The notes under the pieces: generated by a model
Told to the model about the DNA's origin: nothing
The model's database searches: none
The model's input: only the letters and a program-made list of their open reading frames with translations
Assembly (NCBI RefSeq): GCF_001447785.1
Contig: NW_015168044.1
Coordinates: 2,426,503-2,490,502, forward strand
From: Gekko japonicus
Taxonomy: Eukaryota
Length of the DNA: 64,000 nt
Direction of reading: 5' to 3'
Part shown: positions 12,801 to 24,287 of the stretch, one piece after another
How the letters are laid out: every line of letters starts with the position of its first letter
Position numbering within the stretch: the first letter of the stretch is position 1
Program-made: the position numbers and the translations under genes

Positions 12801-13807
12801 TGGAGATCAGGGTTGTGACATCTGAACTGCATCAGTATGGCAATTAAGATTATAATTTGGATAAAAACTTGTTTAAATGATGCACCAAGAGCAGGCACAT
12901 TAAGAATAAATTCAACAAAATACCCATGCTGCTTCCTCATAGAACTGTGCAAGTTAGGTGCTGTTTTATTGGAAAACTGGAATATTCACTCCATATACAA
13001 AAGCGAAATATCAGATGGCTGAGGAGAAGCTGCTGGTCACCATCACTTTCATATCTTGCTTGTGAGATTCTCAGAGCTGTCTTGTTCTCATAAATAGAAT
13101 GTGGTGTGGTAAAAGCTCTGTCTGGACTGTCTTGCACTAGAGTTTAAGGCTTGCATGTTTGTTTTTTAAGAGAAAACCTCCCTGCATATAGAAAACTAGG
13201 AGTTCTCACCTAGCCAGCCTTCCCTGTGACATGACTAGCTTCCTGTATGCAGGAAGGGCTTGTTTGGGGGTTTTTTTGTATAGAGGAACAATCAGTCATG
13301 TGAAAACAAACAATTTCCCTTCCACCTTTCTCCTGGCCAGGGCGAGCCGTGGCTAGCAGAAAGGGGGGGGGGAATCCCTTGGGAAGGGACTTCCCTTCCA
13401 CCTTTCTCCTGGCTGTGGTGAGCCACAGCCAGCAGAAAGGTAAGGGTGAAGTGTCCCTGGGAAGGTACTTCACCCCTTCCATTTAAACCCTCCTTTCTGT
13501 TCCCCGTGAAAAGCCACCGGGAGTTAAAAGCAGGGTTTAAAGGGCCCTGGGCCATTTAAATCAAACAGTTGAGCGGTGGGGAGCTCCCAGCCGCTCAGCT
13601 GTTCCTCATGAACCACCAAGAATTATGCTAAAATATGTAGTAGTTCGTTCCAGTTCTTCAGTTCATAAACTCCGGTTTGTGAGCTCTGAACAGGCCAAAG
13701 TTTGTGATAAACTTTGGTTGGTCAGCCGGTTCATACCCATCTGTAATACAGGGCACAGGAAAAATGCATGCATGTATGCCTATGCTGTTCTCACATGCAC
13801 AAGATAC

Positions 13808-13940
13808 CTGAAGAAGTATCTGAAGAAGTCCGCGTGCACATGAAAGCTTATACCTAGAAGAAAAGATTGTTGGTCTTAATGATGCCACTGAACTCAAACT
13901 TTGTTCTACTGCTTCAGACCAACACAGCTACCCACCTAAA
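13808..13940 (+). mobile_element. Penelope-derived pLTR fragment with a degenerate minimal hammerhead motif
   Basis: GTAT-CTGAAGAA...GAAAGCTT-ATAC followed by ttgttggtctt...gccactgaactc, similar to 39537-39615. Confidence 0.7.
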
Positions 13941-14296
13941 TCTATATGTATGTATGTACTATAAGTGGCTCTTACTGAGTGCTTTTCTCATGGGTCAAAA
14001 TAGTACCATGAATGTGAGGCTAGCACTTATATGCTACCTGCCAAACATTTGGGGTGGGCGTTGAGGTTGAGTGATACCCACTCCCAGTACTTTTAGCAGA
14101 GTTAGTGGGAAACACCACACATGCATTACATGAAGGTTTATCTGCACACTTGGGTTGGGTGGAACTTCTGAGTTATGAATATGATAGCTTGTATAGAGAC
14201 ACTGAACATTTGAGGGTGCCGCTTCTTTCATAGTTCAAGTAGTTAACCTGAATTTGTCTAGTAATTACTGACTTTTATCTTCATTATATATAACAG

Positions 14297-14423
14297 GGTA
14301 TAGGAAACAAACCAGAAATAATCATCAAGGGGCAAGACAAGGTCACTTCCATATCAGTCCAGCGAAACGAGCGAACCTCATCACAAAGTGCAGCATCTCC
14401 TGAGACATCTTCTGGGTTGGCAA
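14297..14423 (+). CDS. NSD3: NSD3 exon 7 (GIGNKPEIIIKGQDK...SPETSSGLA)
   Basis: aacag acceptor; only the gtaggt donor at 14424 gives the phase 1 required by exon 8; 127 bp. Confidence 0.9.
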
Positions 14424-14622
14424 GTAGGTAAAGTTTGTGGCTTCTGGGTTACATCCAAGTAAACATAACACTTTTAAGAGGACTCAGAACTAGGAAGGTC
14501 TTCATCATGTAACAATCATAAGCAAATATTTAATTCAAAGGAACAGCTGAAATTTATTTGGGGGTTAGTGTGGTTTAAAGCCCTTGTGCTGGCCCCAGTT
14601 CAAGTTAGGTAGGAGTTGTTAC

Positions 14623-14827
14623 CAGTGTTTCCTCTAAGCTGAGTTAGTGTGAGCTAGCTCACAGTTTTTTAGCCTCTGGCTCACTCATTTTTGTCTTAGC
14701 TCAGGAAGGATAGCTCCATATCAAACTAATTTATGCAGTAGCCAAATCACCTGCTCACAACTTTAATGCTAGTAGCTCACAAAGTAGAATTTTTGCTCAC
14801 AGGGCCCCATAGCTTAGAGGAACATTG
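14623..14827. mobile_element. hAT-type MITE family A, copy 2
   Basis: Same TIRs and body as 9470-9665; TSD degraded. Confidence 0.88.
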
Positions 14828-15084
14828 GTTTTCTATTATATATTTATAGACTGTCTTCCAAGGAAGCTCAGGACAATATACATGGGACTGTCTCGTTTTT
14901 CTGCATGTGGTGTGGCTGGTCCAGTGTCACGCTGTGAGCCTCTTGATTAAGCAGTATTAGAACCCAGTGTTGGTTGCCCAATACTGAAATCTGTCACTCT
15001 TCATCCAGTACATAATGACTGTCTTTAAACTACAAAATATTAAATATGTATTTACTTGGAATACTTATATCCTGCTTTTCTCCC

Positions 15085-15250
15085 TGCAGCTAGTGCCTGG
15101 AATGAACCATCTGTTGAGTCTCAGCAAACCCAAGACATATTGTTGTTTTGTCTGTCTACAGTATAAATAAGCCAAATAGACAGACAAAACAACAATATGT
15201 CTTGGGTTTGCCAAGATTCAGCAGATGGTTCATCCCAGGCACTGGCTGCA
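15085..15250. repeat. 74-bp-arm inverted repeat, 18-nt spacer
   Basis: 15085-15158 versus 15177-15250, about 6 mismatches. Confidence 0.93.
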
Positions 15251-17388
15251 AGACACGGGCTGCCACTCAAGGCCTTGTACCTTTGGACATCCAAGTAAAC
15301 ATAACACTTTATAGTCTCCTGCAGGGAGAACTCGGTTGCTCCTGGCTTGCTGCCAGCATGATCTTCTTCACTCTGCCATCCCACTTCCCTCGCCCATCTT
15401 CTACCCCACTGATTCCATACCTTGTTCCAACAAAAAAAGAGAGAACAGTTGGTATATGTTTAGGAAAAGAAGGGATATCTCTTCCCCAGTAATATTAGCC
15501 AGTTGGAAATTATGGTTTTTCCAGTGCCCCTGAACTTTCTTGATCCCTCTGGATGTTTAAGAGTATTTTTAGGAGTGTATTATAATCTATTTTTATTCCA
15601 AATTGCCTCTATGCTTGTTTCTTTGGACCTTTAAGTAGTTTAAGCTCTGATAGGGATTAAGCCATACAGTCAGATATCTTTGGTTTAAACACAAATAATG
15701 ATCATGACCTTTCTAGGGTATATTGTTGATCTTTTGAGGTAGGGGTCCTAATTCTAATGTGATGTTACAGACTAGACAGTGAATCAACTAAGAATATTCA
15801 AGTGCTGAGCAGAGTCTCTGGAGATGGAAAGAGATAAAAAGGCTGGGATCATATGGGTAGAAGAGGTGGGGATTTGGCGTAGAATGTTCCTGTCTCCATC
15901 CACACAAATTATCCTGTCCCAGATCTTTTATCTGGAAATTTGGGCAATAGAACCTGAATGTACACTTGTCAGTTGGCCTGTGGTCCTTCATATGAGAAGA
16001 GATAACTTGTTTCTGGCTGCCTCTGGACATTCAGAGAAAGACAAAAGGGGAAAGGGGAAAAAAACCCAACCTGAAAATCAAGTCAGGAACCAAGAAGCTG
16101 AGCTACTAGAAAATAAAATAAAATACAACTATTTATTGCACAGTGCATGGAATTTTAGGATTAAAAATGACATATCTAGGGTACCATTAAAAACTCAGAT
16201 CATAGTATACAGTGACAACATGAAGTTGCATGTCCAATAACAGAAAATCACAACAAACCCAAAGGGTCCTTTGGTTAATATCTATGTGTAATAACCATTA
16301 TTGTGATTTTCTTTTATTGGCTGTGCAACTTCATTTTTATACTATGATCAGAGTTTTTAATGGTACCCTATATATGTCATTTTTAATCCTAAGATTCTGT
16401 GCACTGTGTAATGAATAGTTGTATTTTATTTTATTTTCTAGTTGCTCAACCTCTTGGTTCCTGCCTCTACACATTCAGCCAGAGGAGGAAATAGCAGTGT
16501 ATCCGCAGTAACTCATAAACTGATGGAAGCACCAAACCCAGGCTGACCTTTTAGAAATGGGAGAACTCCCTCAAAACCTCCTACTTCTTGAATTCAAATG
16601 TGGTCATATGTTTAATGTCATGTCTTAAACATTAAGTCTTATAAAGCACATCATTTTATAAGGTATTTTACATTGTTAAAGCCGAAGATTAAATGAGACT
16701 TCATTCATTTCTGGCACAGTCAAACTGACAGTTTCTCTGAAAACAGTGGGCATCATGGCAGAGCATAGCAGTGTTCTTGCAGTGTTCCTGTTTGTTTCAG
16801 CCAGGACTGTGCAGGGGAAGATGTTCCTTGTTGCTTCCCTATGTGAGCAACAATATTTGCATGTGCTTAAATCTGGAAAAGGACTGCCCTCTGTACATTA
16901 CTGGTGAGATTGTATTTTGTGAGGATATTGAATTTTGCTCTTTTCCATGATGCTTGTTGTTTTTTCATGTGTTGCTCCAAACCTGCTACAACAGGACTAA
17001 ACCCTGGTTCCTTATTTTTGTGTCCAGGGATGATCTGGACACACGGGAAGTTTGTGATACAGTGCCTCTGACATGTTCCAGATGCCTTTCCCTTGCCCCT
17101 GAGTGACCACAGAGAGTCCTTATGAGCCTGTTATTAGGGGACAGAATTCAGACAACTTTGAGGTGTAGGGTGTCTCATTCTAGAAATTAAGTAGACATTC
17201 TTAAGAGTGCGCTTACTTGAGCATTGTGGCTTTGATCATTCTGTATCTGCTGTGGTTTTCAGGATTTTTAATGTATCTAGAGAAAGGTTTTGATCTGGGT
17301 TGAGTGAGTTGGGCTTTTCATATGCCACACAACAGTAGAGTCTAGTGCTTAAGATGGAGGGTGGTGTCAGACACAAAGTCTCTTAGAC

Positions 17389-17759
17389 CATTGGTCTTCA
17401 ACCTTTCTAGACCCAGGGGCCCACCTTTAACCTCCTGTGACAGCCTGGGACCCACTGATCTGCAAGCAGTGGTAGGAAGTCTTGTGACATTGAAGAGGAG
17501 GAAGAGCCAGAGTCTCTGAACCTGCTTCTGCTATAGGGGAATTTTCTCCACTGCTGAGTGACCTCATCTTGCTGTCCTGCTGTTCCTCTCAGTGTGCATG
17601 CAAAGAGAGGCAGGAGGCACGATGCCTTTGCCCTCCACATATGCACAGTAACAGCTGGTCCTGCCAACAAAGTATGATAGCTCTATAAGGGCTTGTGACC
17701 CAGCAAGTGGGGCTCTTTGACCCACCTGACAGTGCCAACCATTGGATTGAAGACCACTG
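17389..17759. mobile_element. hAT-like MITE
   Basis: Imperfect TIRs cattggtcttcaa / ttgaagaccactg; TA-centred 8-bp flanks tcttagac / ccttaaag. Confidence 0.65.
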
Positions 17760-18307
17760 CCTTAAAGTATCTCTTCTGTGTGTTTGATGTTCAGTTCATT
17801 CTACAGTATCCTGAAATGGTGCAGCAGGCTATCAGCCATTGCAATAATTAACTTTTCTCTGTGACCTAAGGATTCAAGCGTGCATACAGAAACAGGAATA
17901 TGTTATTTATAAAAACCAAAGACATGCAGAAAGCACCTTCTAGATAGGTCAATACCCAGAAATAATATTGAGAACATATTGAATCCTTAGTAGTGGGTAA
18001 CCTTGTAAAATGTAAACAAGATCAACGTAATTTTAAAGGGTTCTGAATATGACCAATCACTCCTTCCCAGTCATTTAAATTCTAGCCTCTCCCATTTATC
18101 TTCATATTAAAGCTGGTCTTTTCCCGAACTCAGGACTCTCCCTGAAGCACTGAGATGTATTGCCTGCAGCCAGAACACCAGCTGGCAGATTAAAGTCTAT
18201 ACACTCAAAGAAGAATGTAGCGAAATCAGGACTTTGCTATTGAACGTCATCCCTCATTGAGGAAAGAGAAAGAGACTCCTGTAATGGAAACCGTTCTCTT
18301 CCCTCAG

Positions 18308-18408
18308 GTTCTGTAGAAAAGAAGCAACAGAGAAGATCAATACGAACTCGCTCAGAGTCTGAGAAATCCACCGAAGTTGTGCCAAAGAAGAAGATCAAAA
18401 AGGAGCAG
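18308..18408 (+). CDS. NSD3: NSD3 exon 8 (SVEKKQQRRSIRTRSESEKSTEVVPKKKIKKEQ)
   Basis: ctcag acceptor, weak gttggc donor, 101 bp. Confidence 0.96.
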
Positions 18409-20842
18409 GTTGGCTTCCTCCATGTAGAGAATTAAAATATACTGTATTCATACTTCTTGTGGCTTTATATCGGTGCCTTTTTATTTTCCTTCCCACCCAC
18501 TCCTTCATTCCCCCCCCCCCATTGGGTTTGTTTTCGGACTATCCTTCCTGAACTCCCACCCACCTACCGTCAGTAAACATTACTGTTACTGGTATCCCTT
18601 TACAGCATCAGTCATGCTTTGGATAATTAGGAACTTGGTGACACAAGACTCGGTGGCACAATGAAGCTGATACGTTTGCATTTGCAACTTCTGTTGTGAG
18701 CAGGGCAGTCATTATGTTTCAATGTTTTCTCTTTGATGGAATTACTACCAGCATCCTTCTCTTCTTTTCCTTGGTTTGCTGCTGGTTTGTATTGAGATTT
18801 TATGGTTTTTTTTAAGCAAAGTTAGATGGATTTGTTTGGTTACTCTTGAAAATTGACTCTAAGCACAATAATTATTTTTTAAAAAGCTTATTATGTTGGC
18901 AGTGCATAGGGAAGATTATCATCTTGGGTTGATTTGTCTTCTCTCCCCCCCCCCCCCTTCAACTACAACCAACACACGCATGGGCATTCCTTTTTAATGT
19001 GGATGTCAGAAAGGCAAATGTTGCTTTTAAAAATAGCCTGGTCCAAGTGAAGAATGATAGGCACATTGAATGGGGGTGGCACACATGCAGTTCGAGGATT
19101 TCACAGTTATAAAGAAAGTTATCACAATTGCTGGTTTGTTCATTCAACACTATCCACTTTTTTCCATTTAAAGGAAATCTATCTTAAAACGCGGAGATTT
19201 TGTGTAACAAAACATTCCGTAATCCAGTTCTTTAAAGGGTACAGTTCTGATGGCAAAGTTCTTAAGATTACGGTTCCCATGAACCTTAAGCATGCTAAAC
19301 ATTTTGTTTCCTGTTCAGCCAGGAGGCTGGAAAGAACAGCTTCATTTTAGATTTAGTTCTGCTGCGCCTGCACAACAGTTTTTGCCTGGTTGAATTTTCA
19401 AAACAGTGGAGAAATAGCTTAAAGGAATATGATTTCAATGCAAGTTTTTCTCAAATCAAATACTGAGTATATTTATCTATTAAATACACTCTTGGCATCA
19501 GTTGTTGGAACGTCCCCTTAAATTACTTTGTAGTAATTACATAGTTTTAAGTAACCATGGTGCAAGAACCAACAATTCATGTCACCATTCCCAGATAGTG
19601 TTGCCTGCTTTATACTATGTAGCTAAATAAAACAACATAGTATATTGTGCTGTTTCTTTTCCAGGAAAACCCGTTTGGCTAGGAAAACTTAACGGTCAGC
19701 AATGGACTGTAATGCAGAAGCTTGGATATGTTATGTGTTCAGAAAGGCATACTGATATCTCTAGGATTTTACAACCATACTTGTTTCCCAGAGTCAAGCT
19801 TTGTTGCAGTGAATTTCCAAATTTATTTTGCATCTTTTTGGTTTAAAAATTATAACTGGAATTTTTAATACAAATGAGATACTTTAATGTTAATTCTGTT
19901 GCAGTGAGTGGTAGCGAAAATACAAGTGATTGTCTAGATTTTATATTTGTATTATCAATTGTATCCTATACAAATCCTTCTATTGTATGTTTTTATCCAT
20001 TGTACAATGAAATAAAATATTTTTAAAAAATTATAGAATAATCCTTAATAAATATTTATGAAACGTGTTTCTTACATGCATACGTAACCAACACTGTGGA
20101 GATTATATATTTTTTCAAATGACAGATTTTAGTCTAAAAGCAAGATTTTAGCACAGAAACCGCTTGCAACCACCAAATTCACATGTGCTCTGAAAAAAAA
20201 AAACGCTCTCCAATGTAGGAGCCAAGACACTGATCACGGGGGGGATCATGAAGTGTTTTCGCCAGGTCACCAGCTTGTCTGCCTAAGCGTTGTTCCAATG
20301 TTGCGTTTCTAGCTGTATAGAGACCTGCAATGCACTCTCTCTGCCTCCTGCCCCTTTCTGCCTTTGCGGCACTCTATACAGAGAAACAGCCCAGGGCCTC
20401 AGAAGCTCAAGTGCTTGCTGGGCGGAAGTGCCTTTTTAAAGCAGGGCAGTAAGTTTTTGCATCACATGTAATCTGAGTGTCATGCTTCTCTCTATTTTCT
20501 TAGCCATTGTGGGGGTTTTCTGTAGCCCAAGGCTCGGATACTAAAAAACCCTCGCCTGCTTCTTGGATCAAAGATAAAGCCATCCGATCACTTAATGCAC
20601 AAAAAGGAATGATTTGACGTAAACGCAGACCTGCAATGTCACTTGGTATTCAGGGAAGGCACCCTCAATTTAATTGTTACAGGTGGAACAGAAGAATCTT
20701 ACGGGATGGGAGGTGGGGGAGGAGATGGGCTGGGTTGACAGTGTGGGTTCCCCAGTATGCTAATTTCTTGCATTGCAATTTTTTCTTTTATACTAGGGAG
20801 CAGGAAATTCCTTTATTAACTCTTCATTTTCTGTCCAAACAG

Positions 20843-20888
20843 GTAGAAACAGTCCCACAGACAGCCGTGAAGACTGGACTGCAGAAAG
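20843..20888 (+). CDS. NSD3: NSD3 exon 9 (VETVPQTAVKTGLQK)
   Basis: aacag acceptor, gtaagt donor, 46 bp. Confidence 0.95.
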
Positions 20889-20951
20889 GTAAGTCTGGCT
20901 GCTACTAAACCAACATTTTGGGATTACGGCCTCATTCATCAGTGCCTTTCT

Positions 20952-21619
20952 ATGTAGCATAAGTATGAGGCAGTCATCTGCTGTTGTAGGCACTCTTGCC
21001 CCAGAGCTGACAACTGCCTGTCCTGCAGTGTGGGAATGGGACCTAAGTCATCTTCGTTCAGGTAGCTTTCATGCTGCTTTACAGAGAATAGGAATAGTTA
21101 CTTAGGGGAATAAGGCAGGCTTTCACAAATGTCATCCTACTCTCAAGACATTTTGATTCCCTTCCAAGTATTTAAGACAAAAGAGTGGCTTGCTGGCTGG
21201 CCCTATTGCTCACAGCTCACCAACAAGCAGATCAAATTAAAAGGGAAAGAACGGGGGTCATTGGACACATGAGCTTGCAGCACGAATGTAAAGGTCCTTT
21301 GAAAGTTGGATAAAAACAGGATTTCTCTCCCTTGCCCTCCAGCAATAACAGTTAACACAATGGGCCTTTGCATTGATTTGGAAGGGCACTGAGGGAGTTG
21401 GCTGTAGGAGAATCATGCAGCTTGTTCTGCGAGCCCATGAAGGTTTTTGTTTCTACACATCAGCGTTCTCCACCACATGGTAAACTGCTGTTATAACTGT
21501 AGAGACTATCCAGAGCAGTTTGTTATTTGGCAGGGAGGTGTCTGTTCATGTAGTGTAAGTATGAGGCAGTCATCTGCTGTTGTAGTCACTCTTGCCCCAG
21601 ATCTGACAACTGCCTGTCC
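20952..21619 (+). repeat. Dispersed 72-bp direct repeat (20952-21023, 21548-21619)
   Basis: 4 mismatches by manual alignment. Confidence 0.93.
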
Positions 21620-22382
21620 CCCACACCCTGACTGCTGAGCTCTGGGCAGGATCTTCATGCAATCTTGAAATTCAGCAGTCTGGTTCTGTGGCACAACTAC
21701 CATCTAGCAATTAATTTGTATATGCGTGATAGCATTATATAGCATTGAATGGTACTACAAATGGAACTTTACCCCACTATCCCTTGGCTGTAAGGGAGAA
21801 CAAAGCTTTTAACTCTCTATAGTATCTTGGAAAAGGATGGGGGGGGAAATGGTTCAGGCTCAGACTCTGCCTCATTTCTGATTCTCTTTCTGGGTACAGT
21901 ACTCTATTAAGGACTCATTCAGGCCACTTTCTGCTCTCCTCTTCTTTGTTTTTGTTTCTATTTTTCAATTTATGTTCAGTTGCCATCTGTGTTCTGTGCT
22001 TCCTGAAGGGCAAAAAATGTGTTTGGGCCTTTTTTGTTGTTTCTGTTTTTCCTGGGTCTTTTGTTATTGTTGTTGCTATTTTTCAGTTTACAAACCAATG
22101 TTTTTACTGCATATGTGGAGATTCCCCTGTTTCTGCAGAAGCCTTTTGATGTTTTGCGGGTGATCCCATGGCAGTTTCCTCCTGATAAGCACAGGACCAT
22201 TGAGTTTGTTATTAGATAGCATGAATGAATGAGTTATTTTCATGGCATAGTTTAGTTTCTTTTGAAAAAGCTTTATAGCAAGTGTGGAGTCCTGCAAAGT
22301 TTCCCCCTTCGCACTTTTGTCTCACTCAATTGTTAACAAGTTTGAGAGATTTTTAAAATTAATTCCAGTGTATTGTGTTAAG

Positions 22383-22513
22383 GTGCCAGTGAGATTTCAG
22401 ATTCTTGTAAGCCTCTAAAGAAAAGAAGTCGTGCCTCAACAGATGTGGAACTGACTAGCTCAGCATACAGAGATACATCCGACTCTGATTCAAGGGGACT
22501 TAATGACTTACAG
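22383..22513 (+). CDS. NSD3: NSD3 exon 10 (ASEISDSCKPLKKRSRASTDVE...DSRGLNDLQ)
   Basis: taag acceptor, gtaaaa donor, 131 bp. Confidence 0.96.
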
Positions 22514-22995
22514 GTAAAATATTTGAAGTGTCTTTATGGGCTGTGGATCTGAAATGAGCAAATAGAAATCATACTTGATTTTGAAAATGATAGTGCTTTT
22601 CTTAGAAAGTGGGGCAGAAACGAACAAGGTTCCATGTAACCTGTGATTCTTCAGTAGTGTAGAAGAATCACAAAATATGTTCCAAGTTGCAGGGTTCAGC
22701 TGTCTAAAAGTCATAGCTTTTATTTAAGGAAAGCAAGGGTCTAGTTCTTCCAGCTGCCAAAAGGTGCTTGCATGTTTGGGCATTGGCTGCTGGAATTTCA
22801 GAAAAGCTGTTGAGTAAAATTTTCTAAAGTGGAGTTTCAGCTTCTTCATCTTCCTTGACTAGCAAAATAAATTATGCAAAACAAGAGAAATTGTGTTAAA
22901 ATTTATGCAAGTAGCAGAATCCACAGTTCTTGTCACACAAGTCACTTTAGTATAGTCCCTGCCCTTTAAGCACAGTTTGAAGAGCTCCCCCCATT

Positions 22996-23201
22996 CAGTG
23001 TTCCCTCTAAGCTGAGTTAGTGCGAGCTAGCTCACAGGTTTTTAGCCTCCGGCTCACGCATTTTTGTCTTAGCTCAGGAAGGATGACTCCAGAGCAAACT
23101 ATTTTATGCAGTAGCCAAATCACCTGCTCACAACTTTAATGTCAGTAGCTCAGAAAGTAGAATATTTGTTCACAAGACTCCACAGCTTAGAGGGAGCATT
23201 G
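22996..23201. mobile_element. hAT-type MITE family A, copy 3
   Basis: Same TIRs; TSD cccccatt / cccccata. Confidence 0.9.
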
Positions 23202-23379
23202 CCCCCATACTTTTTTTTTAAGTCTGGAAATTACAAAGCACGTGTTCTGGGTTGTCATAGAATAAAAGCTAGAAGAGTTCATAGAAAATTCAATGTATAT
23301 GAAATTGGTTTTTAAATATATTTGCAGTAATCCTTAATCGTAGGTAGTCTTTTAAACAGTTGTGGGTTTTCTTTTTCAG

Positions 23380-23508
23380 GGGAGCTTTGGAAAGCAGTCA
23401 GACAGTCCTTCTGCTACAGCAGATGCTGATGCTTCTGATGTACAGTCTGTGGATTCTAGTTTATCAAGAAGAGGTTCAGGGACGAGTAAGAGAGACACTG
23501 TGTGTCAG
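23380..23508 (+). CDS. NSD3: NSD3 exon 11 (GSFGKQSDSPSATADAD...KRDTVCQ)
   Basis: ttcag acceptor, gtaggt donor, 129 bp. Confidence 0.96.
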
Positions 23509-23935
23509 GTAGGTAAGAGGTGTAAATGGGCTAGGGGGTCAAGGTGTTGTCCTGTGCACCCTCACCGAGGAGCAAGTCTTGAGTCAGTGAGACTTACTTC
23601 AATAAACATGCATACCATCAAGCTTTGATGTAAAATCTGTGTAGTCAGGACAGAGGGGCACCATGGTATGTTATATTAAAATACCAACATGGCTTTGAAA
23701 GCTATTTAGCTAATGCAGATAAATTCTATTCAAGAAATTCTTTTGCCCTCCTTAGGATCCAGCTAATGCTGTCCAGTGTTTTAGATGGCAGATACTATAA
23801 TAGGGCTGTACTTTCATTGTCTCTCCATTTGGAACACTTATAAAATTGAGTCTTGTTCAGATTCCCTATAGCTGTGAGTGCCTGTGATAAAAGATTTTTC
23901 TTGCTCTGTTAAAAGACTCTGGGTACCTTACAGCA

Positions 23936-24287
23936 GGGTGCTGTGGTGGCTCAAGTGGTTAAGACGCTGAACTGTCGACCAGAAGGTCGGTAGTTCAGCA
24001 GTTCAAGACCGGAGTGCCACATGATGGAGTAAGCTCCTGTCTCTGGTCCCAGCTCCTTCCCGCCTAGCAGTTCGAAAGCAAGAAATTGCAAGTAGATAAA
24101 TAGGTACCACTTCGGTGGGAAGGTAACAGTGTTCCGTGCACCTCGGCATCTAGTCATGCTGGCCACATGACCACAGAAACGTCTTCGGACAGCGCTGGTT
24201 CTTCGGCTTGGAAACAGAGATGAGCACCGCATCCCTAGAGTCGGATTCGACTGGCTTTTGAGCAAGGGAAACCTTTACCTTTACCTT
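23936..24287 (+). mobile_element. Sauria SINE, full length
   Basis: tRNA-like head (gtggctcaagtggttaag...gttcaagacc), core gtagataaataggtaccac, (ACCTTT)n tail. Confidence 0.92.

Noticed and set aside
16442-16560. Possible extra exon in intron 7 after a pyrimidine tract + AG
   Set aside because: In-phase stop within 18 codons, no convincing donor and no homology I can recognise
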